The notes: generated from the sequence alone by a model not told the origin. DNA of 64,000 nucleotides from an uncultured Fibrobacteria bacterium (GCA_963716395.1 OY970309.1:512001-576000); one strand, 5' to 3'; shown: positions 45,160 through 56,023, numbered from the stretch's first letter. Numbers and translations: made by a program.

Positions 45160-45187
45160 ATGATATTCCAGATCCGTAAGCTAAAGC

Positions 45188-47734
45188 TTAAATACCGGCC
45201 AACGCCTGGGCTGCCTGCAGCAGTTGACGGCCTTCACGTATCAGCCGCTGGTGGCGCCCGCCTTCCCCGATCCGATATTCGCGACGTCCGTTAGCCTGCG
45301 TGCCATCGAGCGCGTCTTGCATTTGCTGGACGAGCGCATTACGCTGAGAGGTAAGCTGCTGGATGTGCTTCTCCGTCGCGAGGTAGCTCGCATCGTCGCC
45401 CTTGATACCGTTCGTCGAAGCGACGATCAGCGCATGCGCGAAGTCGCCGTAAGGCGCGTTCAACTGCTTATAGAGGTCGCCCAACTCGGTGAACGACTTG
45501 CCGTTGCAAAATCCGGACTCGGCAGGCTTGAGGATTTGCGTGATGACGCGGCCATCCGGCTGATAGTCCGGGGTCAACCCGAGCAACGCGTTTACGGTCG
45601 GGACGATATCGGTGTGATCGGTCCAGGTCGAGCGGTCGATGCCCTCGTTCTTCACACCGGGGCCGACCATCCCGAGCCAGGTTTGTCCGATGTCGTTGGC
45701 ATAGTCGCCATGGATCCAGGCGTAGCTGTCGTTCAGGCAGCCCTCGCTCTTGCCGGAGCACGGGCTGTAGGTCTGGAAGTAATAATCCTCTTGCGCGAAC
45801 ATGGTGAACGACATCGTCCGCCGCGGATCGGCATTGATCATATGCAGGGCCTTCAGCGTCGGAGCGTCGACGAGATAACGTGCCACCGGCGTTAACTGCG
45901 TCCCGTCGAGATACGGGTCGAAGGCTTTCAGGTTCGCGGCCGCGTGCTCGAAATCGCGCAGCACCGGATTCACGACCACGTTGCCGGTCGCGTCCACAGC
46001 CTGCGGCTGACCGTCGATATAGAAGCTCGGCGCCGAATCGAAGGAGATGTCATAGCCGGTGTTGTCGATCTTGCTTCCCATCAGCCACGATAGATCGTAG
46101 CCGACTTCGCCGACCAGCGGCCCGTTCAAGCCCACCAGGGGCCAGACCGAAGGTCCGGTCCACGTCGAAACGTCTTGTCCGCCGTTCGTCAGGTCGTATT
46201 GTCCATGGTACGGCTTGGTTCCCACGGTGTTGTATCGGCAGGGCGTGTTGATGCCGTCGCAGTTCTGCGCCTGTTGACCGGCATAATGATCGTTTTCATC
46301 CGCGGTGACGATGAACAGCGTATTGCTTTTGTTGATCCCGTCCGCCGCCAACCGTTGGAAGAACACCGCGAATGCGGAATCGTAGCCCCTCATCGCCGCC
46401 ACGTATCCCGCCTCGCCGGGGCCATAAGCGCCGCCGCCGTCGTGATTGTCGTGCAGGTCGGAGATATAGGCATAGGTCACCGGAATGCCGGCCTCTTGCA
46501 TCTGGGCCACATAACCGAGCGTGGTCGCCGCGGACATATCGTCGAAACCCGGAAATCCCGGCTGGCCGAAAGCGTCTACGATCGGCTGGGCTCCGTAAAC
46601 GTCGCGTACCGCCGGCGAACCGTTCGCGATGGCCGGGTTGACGTACTTCGCGCCGAACAGCGCCTGGTAGCCGGTATAGCCGCCCGGCTCCTGCGGAAGC
46701 AAATCCGGCTTGGCGTGGGCGTTGTCCGCACAAACGCTCGACCCGCCTTGGGCGCAATGCACGGCGATGCCGACGAAGTCGGTCATGGCGAGAGTCGCGG
46801 CCGCCGAGCCGTAGGGCGCGGTTTGTGAGTTCAATCCCTCTTGCCACTCGGGCGAGCCGGCGCCGAAGGTGGTGGTCAGGTCGCCGGTATGATTGACCGG
46901 ATCCACGGCCGGCTCCCAGACCTCCACGCCCTGGGCATGCGCCTTGGCGAGAGGCGCCGTCAGGTACACGTAATAACCGGAGAGGTGATCGATGGTGGCC
47001 GTTTCCTGATTCGCGCCCTGGTCGATGACGATGCCGTCGCCGGCCTGGAAACCGCTGGTGCTGTAGGGATCGATCCGGGTATCGCCGATTTTGGTGGAAT
47101 AATAGAGATCGCTCGGCCCGGCCTTGAAGGCGCCGGCCAGCGCATTTTCGAGCACCGTATTGGCGACCGAAACGTTACCGACATCGCAGCCGGCGCGCGT
47201 GTAAGTCACCCACGGGGCGGGCGTATTTTTGCCTTCGGTGGTGACCATGTTCGGATCGTTGTCGACCGGCGCGGCGACCGGAGACGTCCAGTATTTGAAC
47301 GCCGAGGTGTAGGTCGGGATTCCGTTCGAATCGTTATAGTAGTCGTAGGAGTTGGACTCGTTGATTCCCATGCGGTCGGGATAGAGGCCCGTCAGCGAGC
47401 TGGTGATGCCGCCCGCGGTATGCGAGATCAGCACCGTGTAATGCTTTTGAAGGATGGTGCCATGCCCCTTGAGGAAGTCGTAGAGATGCGGCATCTGCTC
47501 CAGATCCGAAGGGACATTCGGATTGTCCCGCGTCAGATGCACATTGTCGAATTGGATATAGATCACGTGCTGAATATCACCTTGTGCGGAACGGAGATGG
47601 CAGGACGGTCCCTCGCGCCGGTTTTCGTGGGCAGCCGCACCGGAAGGCGCCAACCAAGCTATTGCCGCAGCCAGAGGCAGCACGCGACCGAACCAGTACC
47701 TTGGATGTAACCCATGTTTCCGTAATCCGTGCAT
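45188..47734 (-). CDS. Large secreted alkaline-phosphatase-superfamily (NPP/phosphoesterase-like) protein
   Basis: IYIQFDN, SHTA..SSLTGLYPD (NPP-like T..TGLYP), SDLHD, TLFIVTADE, WIHGD, DHTDIVPT; signal peptide. Confidence 0.62.
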   Translation of the reverse strand: MHGLRKHGLHPRYWFGRVLPLAAAIAWLAPSGAAAHENRREGPSCHLRSAQGDIQHVIYIQFDNVHLTRDNPNVPSDLEQMPHLYDFLKGHGTILQKHYTVLISHTAGGITSSLTGLYPDRMGINESNSYDYYNDSNGIPTYTSAFKYWTSPVAAPVDNDPNMVTTEGKNTPAPWVTYTRAGCDVGNVSVANTVLENALAGAFKAGPSDLYYSTKIGDTRIDPYSTSGFQAGDGIVIDQGANQETATIDHLSGYYVYLTAPLAKAHAQGVEVWEPAVDPVNHTGDLTTTFGAGSPEWQEGLNSQTAPYGSAAATLAMTDFVGIAVHCAQGGSSVCADNAHAKPDLLPQEPGGYTGYQALFGAKYVNPAIANGSPAVRDVYGAQPIVDAFGQPGFPGFDDMSAATTLGYVAQMQEAGIPVTYAYISDLHDNHDGGGAYGPGEAGYVAAMRGYDSAFAVFFQRLAADGINKSNTLFIVTADENDHYAGQQAQNCDGINTPCRYNTVGTKPYHGQYDLTNGGQDVSTWTGPSVWPLVGLNGPLVGEVGYDLSWLMGSKIDNTGYDISFDSAPSFYIDGQPQAVDATGNVVVNPVLRDFEHAAANLKAFDPYLDGTQLTPVARYLVDAPTLKALHMINADPRRTMSFTMFAQEDYYFQTYSPCSGKSEGCLNDSYAWIHGDYANDIGQTWLGMVGPGVKNEGIDRSTWTDHTDIVPTVNALLGLTPDYQPDGRVITQILKPAESGFCNGKSFTELGDLYKQLNAPYGDFAHALIVASTNGIKGDDASYLATEKHIQQLTSQRNALVQQMQDALDGTQANGRREYRIGEGGRHQRLIREGRQLLQAAQALAGI

Positions 47735-48174
47735 AATGTTCCTCCTTTTCGAACCAGGTCGAACCTTTCGGCCGGCCCGGGGTGACTAGTTATACGCGCA
47801 AAGCGGCGCGCTCTCGGTCTTTCCGAAACGGCCGTTCGCTTCGCCCGCGTCTGTGAGGAACCTAGCGAGGCGGTATTGCTGCGTGATGTCTTAGGCGTGA
47901 AGAACGTGTAAACCATCGGTCATGGCCTGACCGGTATTCCGCGAAAGAGGATGGAAAAGCGGCCACTTCGGAAAATCAACATCGAGTGAATTCGCACTGG
48001 ACGGCTTGGCGATTGAGGCGATTTTTCACACCGTAACCGTCAGGCGAAAGTAGGACTCCGGAAACATTTCGAGCGCGTACAACGTACCCCCCGCTTTTGC
48101 GCGGTGGCGAGAGGAATGGGGTTGGAAGGTTGCGGGCCAGGTAACATTTAGGTTACCAGCCCGCCGCTTGCAAA

Positions 48175-48729
48175 TCAGAGCTTGTAGGCGATACCCAAGC
48201 TGATGACGCCGACGCCGTAGCCCAGCTCCAACTGTCCCGCGAGCTTGGGTGTAAACCAGTAACGCGCGCCCAAATCCGCCCCGAAAAGCAAATAACTTCC
48301 GGACGCGGACGCGCCTGCCGCCAAAGTCCCCGAAGAGGAGGCGGAAACAATGTTGTATCCCAAAGTCACGCCGACATAGGGATCAAGCGGCGCGCCTTTG
48401 AGCGCTTGCTTGAGCAGATCGCCGAAGTGATAGGTGCCGCGGGCTCCGAGTACGATATAGGTGTAGCTAAAGGAATAGCCGGGGTAATCCCAACTGGAAC
48501 GCGCGATGCCCACCAGGCCTCCCACGGAGAAATTATCCGCGATGCCGTGGTCGAGGCCGACGCTGATGGGCGGCAAAGAGGTGCTTCCGTAAGAACCGGC
48601 GAAACCGCCCAAGCCGATGCTGGCGTTGACCACATTGTCGCCCAATTTGAAAGACTCCTGGGCGTGTGAGGATTTGACGGTCAGGAAAGTGGCAAGAATC
48701 ATCAGGACGGGAAGTCCGCATTTTTTCAT
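48175..48729 (-). CDS. Small (about 8-strand) outer-membrane beta-barrel protein
   Basis: Signal peptide ending SSHA; LGARGTYHF, DPYVG, GARYWF; ends in GIAYKL. Confidence 0.8.
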   Translation of the reverse strand: MKKCGLPVLMILATFLTVKSSHAQESFKLGDNVVNASIGLGGFAGSYGSTSLPPISVGLDHGIADNFSVGGLVGIARSSWDYPGYSFSYTYIVLGARGTYHFGDLLKQALKGAPLDPYVGVTLGYNIVSASSSGTLAAGASASGSYLLFGADLGARYWFTPKLAGQLELGYGVGVISLGIAYKL

Positions 48730-49228
48730 AGGGTTCACCTTTGGGGGGGGTTGTGTTGAATGATCGGGCAAAACGTATTCACCCCGTAATTCATTCGTCA
48801 ATGAAATCGTGCATTCCAGTAAAGCAAAAGCCTTTTTCTCATCAGAAAACCCATTTCACCTATTAGCGTCGCAATGCACCGGGCTAGCGCGTCGCCCTTT
48901 TCTTCCGGTCCGGCATAACCTACGGAAACGACATCCTTCACGATGGAGTTCTTTCGAGTCATTCGGCAAAACTTGGGGCTTCGGATTTGGTCGGCGTGCG
49001 GTCCTTCGCACCGACCCGATTCAACCTCAAAATCGCCTCCCACGTCCCGCTAAATTCCCCGCTCCCTTTCTCGATTCGGGTGGAACTCGTCGGAATTTGA
49101 CCGGAGAAATCATGCATTGATGGATTTTGGAAAACATTCGGACTCGACTTGGATAAATGGGATTCGGAATGGCCCCTTTCGATATATTTTACCGCAAAAG
49201 CAAATTTTCTTACACAGATAGAAAACGC

Positions 49229-51814
49229 ATGAAAATACTTGCCCCCAATTCTAGGACTTATTGGTCGGCCCTTTGCCTGCTTCCTTGTGTCGCCTTAACG
49301 CAACCCACCATTCGCGTGGACAAGGCCTACGAGGATACCGTTCGGGTTCTCATCATTTCCAATGACAGCGCCATTGGCAATTGCAATTTGACCAGCGGCG
49401 TCGGCATCAAGACGCGGAACTTCGTGCTTAAATCCCTCACCGGCGTCCCCAACGTAAAATACCGTGAATCCCAAACCACCCAGTGGTCCGATGTGTTGGC
49501 CGCCTGGCCCGGAAAATTACCGAACGTCATCGTGCATGTGAACGCGGGGTGGACCACGGAAAGCGGCCCATACATCGATGGCATCTTGAACAACGCCGTG
49601 GATTCCGGGATCGGCGTGGTTTCCATCGGCGACGACGCCGCCGCCTTGGCCGAAAGGACCTTCGGTCTTACGAATGTCGACAACTTTCCCCAGCCTATGG
49701 GCGACGCCACCCAATACCGTGATTCCACCACCAGCCTGTGGATTGACCTGGATGGAAAATCCGACACCTTGGGGGGTGGCGGCGTGATCCGCAACACCGT
49801 CGACAGCCTGCACGTGAATCGACTTTTCTTCTACCCCGAAGAACCACAATCCGGGGCCGATTCCACCAAGAATTACCGCTGCCAGGAAGATGCGGATAAG
49901 TATTCCGTGGACTCCGCCTATGCCAATAATGTGACCTTCCTGGGCTTTCAACGCGCCTTCGACGGAACCGATACCATCGCCGGTCCACGTGAATTGCAAG
50001 TCATCATTTCCTTCCAAGACAAGCTGCGCCGGGGCGTGGCCTTGTCTTATCAGCCGCAATTCCTGGCCGACCCGCAAGCGGCGCATCAAATCGATTATGA
50101 CGCCATCATGTATGCCTCCTTTGCGCGCTCGTATGGCAGTCCTTCCCTGGAGTTCACCGATTCCAGCGGGAACGGTCTTGGCCCCGGCGACGTATGGAGT
50201 CCCGCCAAGGGCAAGCTTTACCTGACCTTTATGGACGACTATGTAGCGGGTTTGTCCAAGCAAATAACGCTGACGGTTGCCAATGGCGCCGGAGCGGCGG
50301 GAGATCTGGAAATCCTCACCGTGGACACCCCGACCGTGACTCTCGGAGGCAAGGGCAAGTGGCGAGGGGAAATCACTTTAGTGGAAAAACCGGCCACCCC
50401 CTCCGATAACAGCGTGGAAGTTACTCTGCCCTCCGTCATAACCGCTACCGCGCCTTCTCATGACGCGAATGGAATTCCCGATGGGGGCACGGTCACCGCC
50501 GTATTGAAATTGGATACCGTTGCAGTCCCCCCACCTCCTCCACCGCCACCACCGCCGCCACCGCCACCACCGCCACCACCGCCTCCTCCGCCTCCTCCGC
50601 CTCCTCCGCCGCCGCCCATCGACACCATCATTTCTGCCTGGATGCTGGACGTGAACGGCAATGGCGCTGCCGATCAGGCGCGCTTTCTTTTCACCCGTCC
50701 CCTCGCCGCTTTACCTGCTTCCATCGGCCCCGTATACTGGAACGCTGTTGCTCCCAACTTGATCAATTCCAAGCCGCCGCATCTCTCTTTTCTCCCGGGT
50801 TCGGGACAAACCATAGTGGTGGCGGATTTCTCCGGGGCCGAGTTTCCAATGGGGTTGACCTCCATTCCCGCAGGCGGACAACCACAAGCGACCTTTCCTT
50901 CCGACACCATATTCGGCGGGCAAAAGCCCCACTTGGCCGATTCCATGGGCGCGATTCCCCTATCGGCAACCATCGCCTTGGGCGGATTGGGAACACCTGT
51001 CGTCACAGGAAATACCGTCACGCGCATTCCCGATACTTTAACCGTCACCGTCAGCGAACCCTTGCAAACGGGATTCCCCTCGCTGCTGCGCTATGGCAAA
51101 TGGCAGAATGATCATTGCTTGGATTACAGTCAGACCGTTCCGGTCACCGCGCTGCAAACCACGCCAACCGCTCCGGGCGATCTTGCCTTTGCCTTGGTTC
51201 TCAATCCCCTGGCGGCGAATCCCGTTTCCGGAGATTGCGCCTTTCTCGAAGGCGATGGAACGGTTTTGGATTTGCCCGGCAATGTGCCTCCGCCCTTGGG
51301 GGTGCGCATTATCGGCCCCACGGCTCCGCAGGTCATCCGTTCGGTAGCGGGCTATCCCGCCGTGTCCGGGGGCGGACCCGCAAACCCGGAACTGGCCACG
51401 TCACCCCTTTGGATCCCTCCGGTGGGATTTGTCCCCGGTCAACCCTTTCGGGAGACGAATCTCCCAACTCCGGGTCAACCCGCTACCGGTTCCGACCCCA
51501 ATACGCGCCAACCCCTTTCATCGGGTACCGTTCTCATCCAAGTCATAAGCGCCGGGAAATACCTGGCGCGCGTGCACATCTTCGATCATTTCGGAAATTT
51601 TCTCGAAACCTTCGCACAGTCCTTCGGTTATCATGGTGAATTGGATAATGCCGCGCGTCTGGGGCCGTTGGGTTACAGCAGCTATTTGGTGTGGGATGGA
51701 CGGGACAGCAAGGGCATGCTCGCGGGACAAGGGGTGTATATCTGGAAAATCGACTTCACCTTGGATGACGGCACGTCTTATTCCAAATTGGTGCGAACGG
51801 GATTGCTCCGCTAA
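49229..51814 (+). CDS. Large secreted surface protein with a poly-Pro linker and a Fibrobacterota-type C-terminal region
   Basis: Signal-like N-terminus; 30 consecutive Pro; DVNGNGAAD; C-terminus IFDHFGNF...WDGRDSKG..GQGVYIWK. Confidence 0.78.
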   Translation: MKILAPNSRTYWSALCLLPCVALTQPTIRVDKAYEDTVRVLIISNDSAIGNCNLTSGVGIKTRNFVLKSLTGVPNVKYRESQTTQWSDVLAAWPGKLPNVIVHVNAGWTTESGPYIDGILNNAVDSGIGVVSIGDDAAALAERTFGLTNVDNFPQPMGDATQYRDSTTSLWIDLDGKSDTLGGGGVIRNTVDSLHVNRLFFYPEEPQSGADSTKNYRCQEDADKYSVDSAYANNVTFLGFQRAFDGTDTIAGPRELQVIISFQDKLRRGVALSYQPQFLADPQAAHQIDYDAIMYASFARSYGSPSLEFTDSSGNGLGPGDVWSPAKGKLYLTFMDDYVAGLSKQITLTVANGAGAAGDLEILTVDTPTVTLGGKGKWRGEITLVEKPATPSDNSVEVTLPSVITATAPSHDANGIPDGGTVTAVLKLDTVAVPPPPPPPPPPPPPPPPPPPPPPPPPPPPPPIDTIISAWMLDVNGNGAADQARFLFTRPLAALPASIGPVYWNAVAPNLINSKPPHLSFLPGSGQTIVVADFSGAEFPMGLTSIPAGGQPQATFPSDTIFGGQKPHLADSMGAIPLSATIALGGLGTPVVTGNTVTRIPDTLTVTVSEPLQTGFPSLLRYGKWQNDHCLDYSQTVPVTALQTTPTAPGDLAFALVLNPLAANPVSGDCAFLEGDGTVLDLPGNVPPPLGVRIIGPTAPQVIRSVAGYPAVSGGGPANPELATSPLWIPPVGFVPGQPFRETNLPTPGQPATGSDPNTRQPLSSGTVLIQVISAGKYLARVHIFDHFGNFLETFAQSFGYHGELDNAARLGPLGYSSYLVWDGRDSKGMLAGQGVYIWKIDFTLDDGTSYSKLVRTGLLR
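50528..50617 (+). repeat. (CCN)30 low-complexity repeat encoding polyproline
   Basis: 90 nt of mixed CCC/CCA/CCT/CCG codons, in frame. Confidence 0.95.
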
Positions 51815-52059
51815 GCGGGGCATGCTTCGCGGATCCAAATTCGGCTGCAAGTCCGGCGAACACCGTTTGACTGAAATCCGAAGGGGGAAAACCCTGAAGG
51901 GGAATTGGGGCGGTGGAAAAGCTCAATTCGCCTCAACTCCGGAAGACTGAGGTGAGATAAATTGAAATTCGGTATGAGGATCGAACGCGGATCCACTAAA
52001 TTTGCCAGAGCCATTGAACCATTGCGGAATTTTCCATTTCGACTACAAAGGGGGAGCCC

Positions 52060-53754
52060 GTGATGACATCCCGAAAAAGCGCTTTTTACTTTCGGATAGG
52101 CCTGGCGGCCGCGGTACTCTTCGGCTTGGCCATGCCAGCGCTGGCGGCCTGGGCCACCATTCATAACGATTTTTTTCAAATCGACCAGAACGGAAATCCC
52201 GTAGGCACCCGCAGCGGTTGCCTGCGCAAATTCGGCAATACCTACTACTGGTACGGCAGCGCGAATTCCAAAGATCAGCAGGTTTATACCTCCGCCGACT
52301 TGATGCATTGGACCAACCAAGGCGTTTTGTTCACCACCTCGGGATCGACCAACCGCATGGACGTGGTGTATAACGATTCCACCCAGCAATACGTCATGGT
52401 CATGAAATACAACGACTCTTCGGGAGCGGGCGCCCACCTGGGAATCGCCACTTCCACCACGCCCACCGGGAAGTTTACCTTGCAATCGTCCGGCCTGGTC
52501 TTCGGCTCCAAGATTGGCGATATGTCCGTGTATCAAGACGCCGACGGCAAGGCGTATTTGTGCTATGTCTGGGATAGCATTCCCGGCGCCAATTCCGGCG
52601 GTGTCTCTCAGCACGCCTTCGCCCTGATGTCACCGGATTATCTGAGTTTGTCGAAACGGATGTGGTTATGGAACGCCGGCTCCCGCGAGGGGCCATCGAT
52701 GATGAAGTCCAACGGTCTCTATTACTTCATGACGTCGCTCACGCTTTGGACCGAATCGACCGCCACGCAGTACTACACCGCATCCAACCTGGCGGGGCCG
52801 TGGACCACGACTTTGACGCCCATGATCACTCCCGGCTCCACGAATTCCTGGGACACCCAGAATGATTTTGTGTTTCCCATCCAGGGAACACAGGGAACCG
52901 TCTACATGTATGACGGTGACCGCTGGATTAAGCCCAATGAGTTGCGGCAGGGCGACTTTGCCTGGTTGCCCATCACCTTCAGCCCCAAAGATTCGCTCGT
53001 CATGAATTATTACCAGGACTGGGAGGTCGAGTTGGACAAAGGCCTGTGGCGGCCGTTCGACTATTCCCGGAATCTGGCCCTGCACAAAACCGCCACGGCT
53101 TCCTCCTCGGCCGGCGGCAATGTCGCCAATAACGTGACAGATTCCACAACCTATATGAACTTCACCAATACCCGGTGGACGAGCACGGCCAGCGACCCGC
53201 AGTGGATCCAGGTGGACCTCGGCAGCGCGATGAGCGTCAATCGGGTCATTCTCAAATGGGACACCGCGTACGCCAAAGCCTTCCAGATTCAGGTTTCCAC
53301 CGACGCCGCGGAGTGGACAAATGTTTTCACCACCACGGCGGGAGGGAAACGCTCGGTGACGGATGAGACCTTCCCCGCGACCACCGCCCGCTATGTCCGC
53401 ATGTACGGCACGCAGCGCGGGAACACGGCGCTGGGATACTCCCTGTTCGATTTCGCGGTGCTCGATGACACCGACGCCGTGGTCGCGGTGCGCCGGCCCG
53501 ACGCCTCCCCCGTTTCTTCCCAAACCGGCATCACCTATGCAAACAACGTTCTTTCCTATAAAGTCCCGGCAAGCCATTTCGTAAAACTCGCGGTCGTGGA
53601 TGGACGGGGGAAGCAGGTGGCGGTGCTCGTTGAAGGCGACATGCCCGCGGGCCGCTATCAAGCCGCTTTGCCCGCAACCTTGGGACATGGGGTGTATCTG
53701 GTTCGCCTGACGGCGGGCGCCAAAACGCTGGCGGCCCTAAAAATTCAGAGGTAG
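52060..53754 (+). CDS. Secreted GH43 (subfamily 24-like) hydrolase plus CBM32/F5-8 type C domain plus CTD
   Basis: YYWYG, REGP, NLAGPW, DTQ, YMYDGDRW. CBM32 NLALHK..TRW..DPQWIQVDLG..ARYVRM. CTD VVDGRGKQVA..GVYLVRL. Confidence 0.82.
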   Translation: MMTSRKSAFYFRIGLAAAVLFGLAMPALAAWATIHNDFFQIDQNGNPVGTRSGCLRKFGNTYYWYGSANSKDQQVYTSADLMHWTNQGVLFTTSGSTNRMDVVYNDSTQQYVMVMKYNDSSGAGAHLGIATSTTPTGKFTLQSSGLVFGSKIGDMSVYQDADGKAYLCYVWDSIPGANSGGVSQHAFALMSPDYLSLSKRMWLWNAGSREGPSMMKSNGLYYFMTSLTLWTESTATQYYTASNLAGPWTTTLTPMITPGSTNSWDTQNDFVFPIQGTQGTVYMYDGDRWIKPNELRQGDFAWLPITFSPKDSLVMNYYQDWEVELDKGLWRPFDYSRNLALHKTATASSSAGGNVANNVTDSTTYMNFTNTRWTSTASDPQWIQVDLGSAMSVNRVILKWDTAYAKAFQIQVSTDAAEWTNVFTTTAGGKRSVTDETFPATTARYVRMYGTQRGNTALGYSLFDFAVLDDTDAVVAVRRPDASPVSSQTGITYANNVLSYKVPASHFVKLAVVDGRGKQVAVLVEGDMPAGRYQAALPATLGHGVYLVRLTAGAKTLAALKIQR

Positions 53755-53842
53755 CCAAGCCGGAGTGATTTTCTCCGGTCATGGGATCACGCGCGGCCCC
53801 GTTTCTGGTTTGCGGCCCAGGTTCAGGATTTAATATTCCCCC

Positions 53843-55414
53843 ATGTCCGGCTGGATTCTTGACATCCGCCGCCCCGCCGCTTCGGCGTCGACGTTCGAGC
53901 TACCCGACGGGGACACCTTGGCCGGCCGCGAACCCGGTTGCGGGCTTGAACTCGACGATCCGCGCGTGTCGGCGCGCCATTGCTGGATTCGCGTCTTGGA
54001 AGCGGGTGTCGAAATCGAAGATCTCCGCTCCACCAACGGGGTTTTCCTCGACGGCCGGCGCGTGTCGAACTCGGCTTGGCGACCGGGCCAGACCCTCGCC
54101 CTGGGGGGAACCGAATTGCGGCTGCGGCGGAAGGCGGGATCGGGCGGCACCTCGGTGGAACTCGACCCAGGTCATTTCGATTTCAGCATCGTCAGCGAGC
54201 GCAACATCACCGGCGACGACGCCCAGCGCCACCGCCTGCGCCTTTTGCAGCAATGCCTGCGCGAGTTGCAGGCGGCGCTTCCCATCGCCGACCTGCTGGA
54301 CCGCATCATGCTGCTGCTGTTCGAAGCCGTGCAATGCGACACGGGATACATTCTGGTCACCGACCCCGAACATCCCGAGCGCATCCACACGCATCTGGCT
54401 TATGCGCAGGGACGCCGTCGCGAAAACCTCGATGCGCATCTGTATTCACGTACCTTGGTCTCGCGCGTGCTGGAAAGCAAGTCGGGTTTTCTCTTCGACA
54501 GCGACGCGGGCAGTTCCGGTCCCGACGGCGGCCGCGACGCCTCGCTGAGCATTTTCCAACTGCATATCAAAACCGCCCTGTGCTGCCCCATCCACAGCGA
54601 AGGCCGGGTGTTCGGCGTCATCTACCTCGACAGCAAAAAAAGCGTGGCGAAATTCAACGGCGAAGATTTGGATTTGGCCATGAACGCGGCCGGCATTGCC
54701 GGGATGGCCATTGAAAACTCCGAGCTTTACCGCAAGCTGCGCGCCGAAGCCGAAATCCGCGAACACCTGAAGCGCTTCGTCTCGCCCAACGTGGCCGAAC
54801 AAATCATCGCCACGCGCGGAGGCGGCCAGGCGTTGCAATCGCAGAAAACCCATCTCAGCGTGCTGTTCGCCGACATTCGCGGCTTCACGCCGCTGGCCGA
54901 AGCGCTGTCGCCGGTCACCGTGGCCGAACTCTTGAACGCTTATTTCTCCAGTATGTCCGACGTCGCTTTCCACGGCGGCGGCACCTTGGATAAGTTCATC
55001 GGTGATTGCATGATGGTGTTGTTCAACGCCCCCTTCGCCCTGCCCGAACACGAATTGGCGGCGGTCACCACCGCCGTGGAAATGCGCCGGCGCCTGGTGC
55101 AAATCCGCCCGGAATGGAAACGCCGCGGCCTGCCCGAAATCCGCATCGGCATCGGCATCAATTGCGGCGAAGCCGTGGCCGGTTCGGTGGGCACCAGCAC
55201 CCGTATGGAATACACGGCCATCGGCGACGCAGTCAACATCGCCTCGCGGGTGTGCGGCATCGCGCGGCCCGACCAAATCCTCGTCACCGAAGCCGTGCAC
55301 GAAAAGGTGAAGCACCGCTTTCGCACCGCCATGCTCGGCGCCACCCAACTCAAAGGCCGGAGCCGCCAGGTGCTGGTGTTCGAAATCATCGATGATTTGC
55401 GTTTGCCGGAATGA
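53843..55414 (+). CDS. FHA-GAF class III adenylate cyclase
   Basis: FHA GR..VSARH..DLRSTNG; GAF ALCCPI..GVIYLD; cyclase LFADIRGFT, DKFIGD (Lys indicates ATP specificity), YTAIGDAVNIASR. Confidence 0.92.
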   Translation: MSGWILDIRRPAASASTFELPDGDTLAGREPGCGLELDDPRVSARHCWIRVLEAGVEIEDLRSTNGVFLDGRRVSNSAWRPGQTLALGGTELRLRRKAGSGGTSVELDPGHFDFSIVSERNITGDDAQRHRLRLLQQCLRELQAALPIADLLDRIMLLLFEAVQCDTGYILVTDPEHPERIHTHLAYAQGRRRENLDAHLYSRTLVSRVLESKSGFLFDSDAGSSGPDGGRDASLSIFQLHIKTALCCPIHSEGRVFGVIYLDSKKSVAKFNGEDLDLAMNAAGIAGMAIENSELYRKLRAEAEIREHLKRFVSPNVAEQIIATRGGGQALQSQKTHLSVLFADIRGFTPLAEALSPVTVAELLNAYFSSMSDVAFHGGGTLDKFIGDCMMVLFNAPFALPEHELAAVTTAVEMRRRLVQIRPEWKRRGLPEIRIGIGINCGEAVAGSVGTSTRMEYTAIGDAVNIASRVCGIARPDQILVTEAVHEKVKHRFRTAMLGATQLKGRSRQVLVFEIIDDLRLPE

Positions 55415-55461
55415 CGGCGCCTAAAGCGCCGAGGTAGCGGGGCCAGGTGAAGAGACGCGTT

Positions 55462-55965
55462 TTACTCGATGCCGATGGAGTCGACCATTTCCATGCGGTG
55501 CAAAAAATCCTGGTAGTGATGGGCAAAGCCATCCATCACGATGCGGCCGTCGGGCGCGATCAACAGATTGGTGGGGAATTTCTGAATCGCGAAATAGGTT
55601 TCGAAGGTGGGCGGCAATTCGATTTGCGGCCAATTTACGTGGTTCTCCGCCACCCAGGCCTTGGCCTGCGCGAGGTTATAGGTTTTGAGCAAACCGAGCA
55701 TGATGAGGCCGTTGCGGGGATAGCGCTCACGCATCCGACGTAGGAAAGGCGTTTCTTCGCGGCAGGTCTCGCACCATTCGCCCCAGAAATCGAGCAGAAT
55801 GTATTTGCCGCGAAAGCGGCCCAGATCGATGCGCTCGCCCTGAAGCGAAACCGGCTTCCACGCCCAAAAGGCGGAGTCGACCGCGGCGGGGCGTAGACCC
55901 GGTTGGCCGAAAAGCGTGGTGCAGAGAACCGCTACTCCGAAGCCGAAACCCATCGAACGCTTCAT
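55462..55965 (-). CDS. TlpA-like thiol-disulfide oxidoreductase
   Basis: LLDFWGEWCETC and FPTNLLIAPDGRI; N-terminal export signal. The real start is likely the ATG at 55965. Confidence 0.85.
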   Translation of the reverse strand: MKRSMGFGFGVAVLCTTLFGQPGLRPAAVDSAFWAWKPVSLQGERIDLGRFRGKYILLDFWGEWCETCREETPFLRRMRERYPRNGLIMLGLLKTYNLAQAKAWVAENHVNWPQIELPPTFETYFAIQKFPTNLLIAPDGRIVMDGFAHHYQDFLHRMEMVDSIGIE

Positions 55966-56023
55966 GGGTTTAAGATATCCTTTGCGGACGAAAAAACCGT
56001 GCGCCGGCGCCGCCGCATCCGGG

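Noticed and set aside
48743-48750. Poly-G tract near the start of the small OMP gene as a phase-variation switch
   Set aside because: It is only 8 nt and lies outside the likely coding sequence, with no evidence of length variation.
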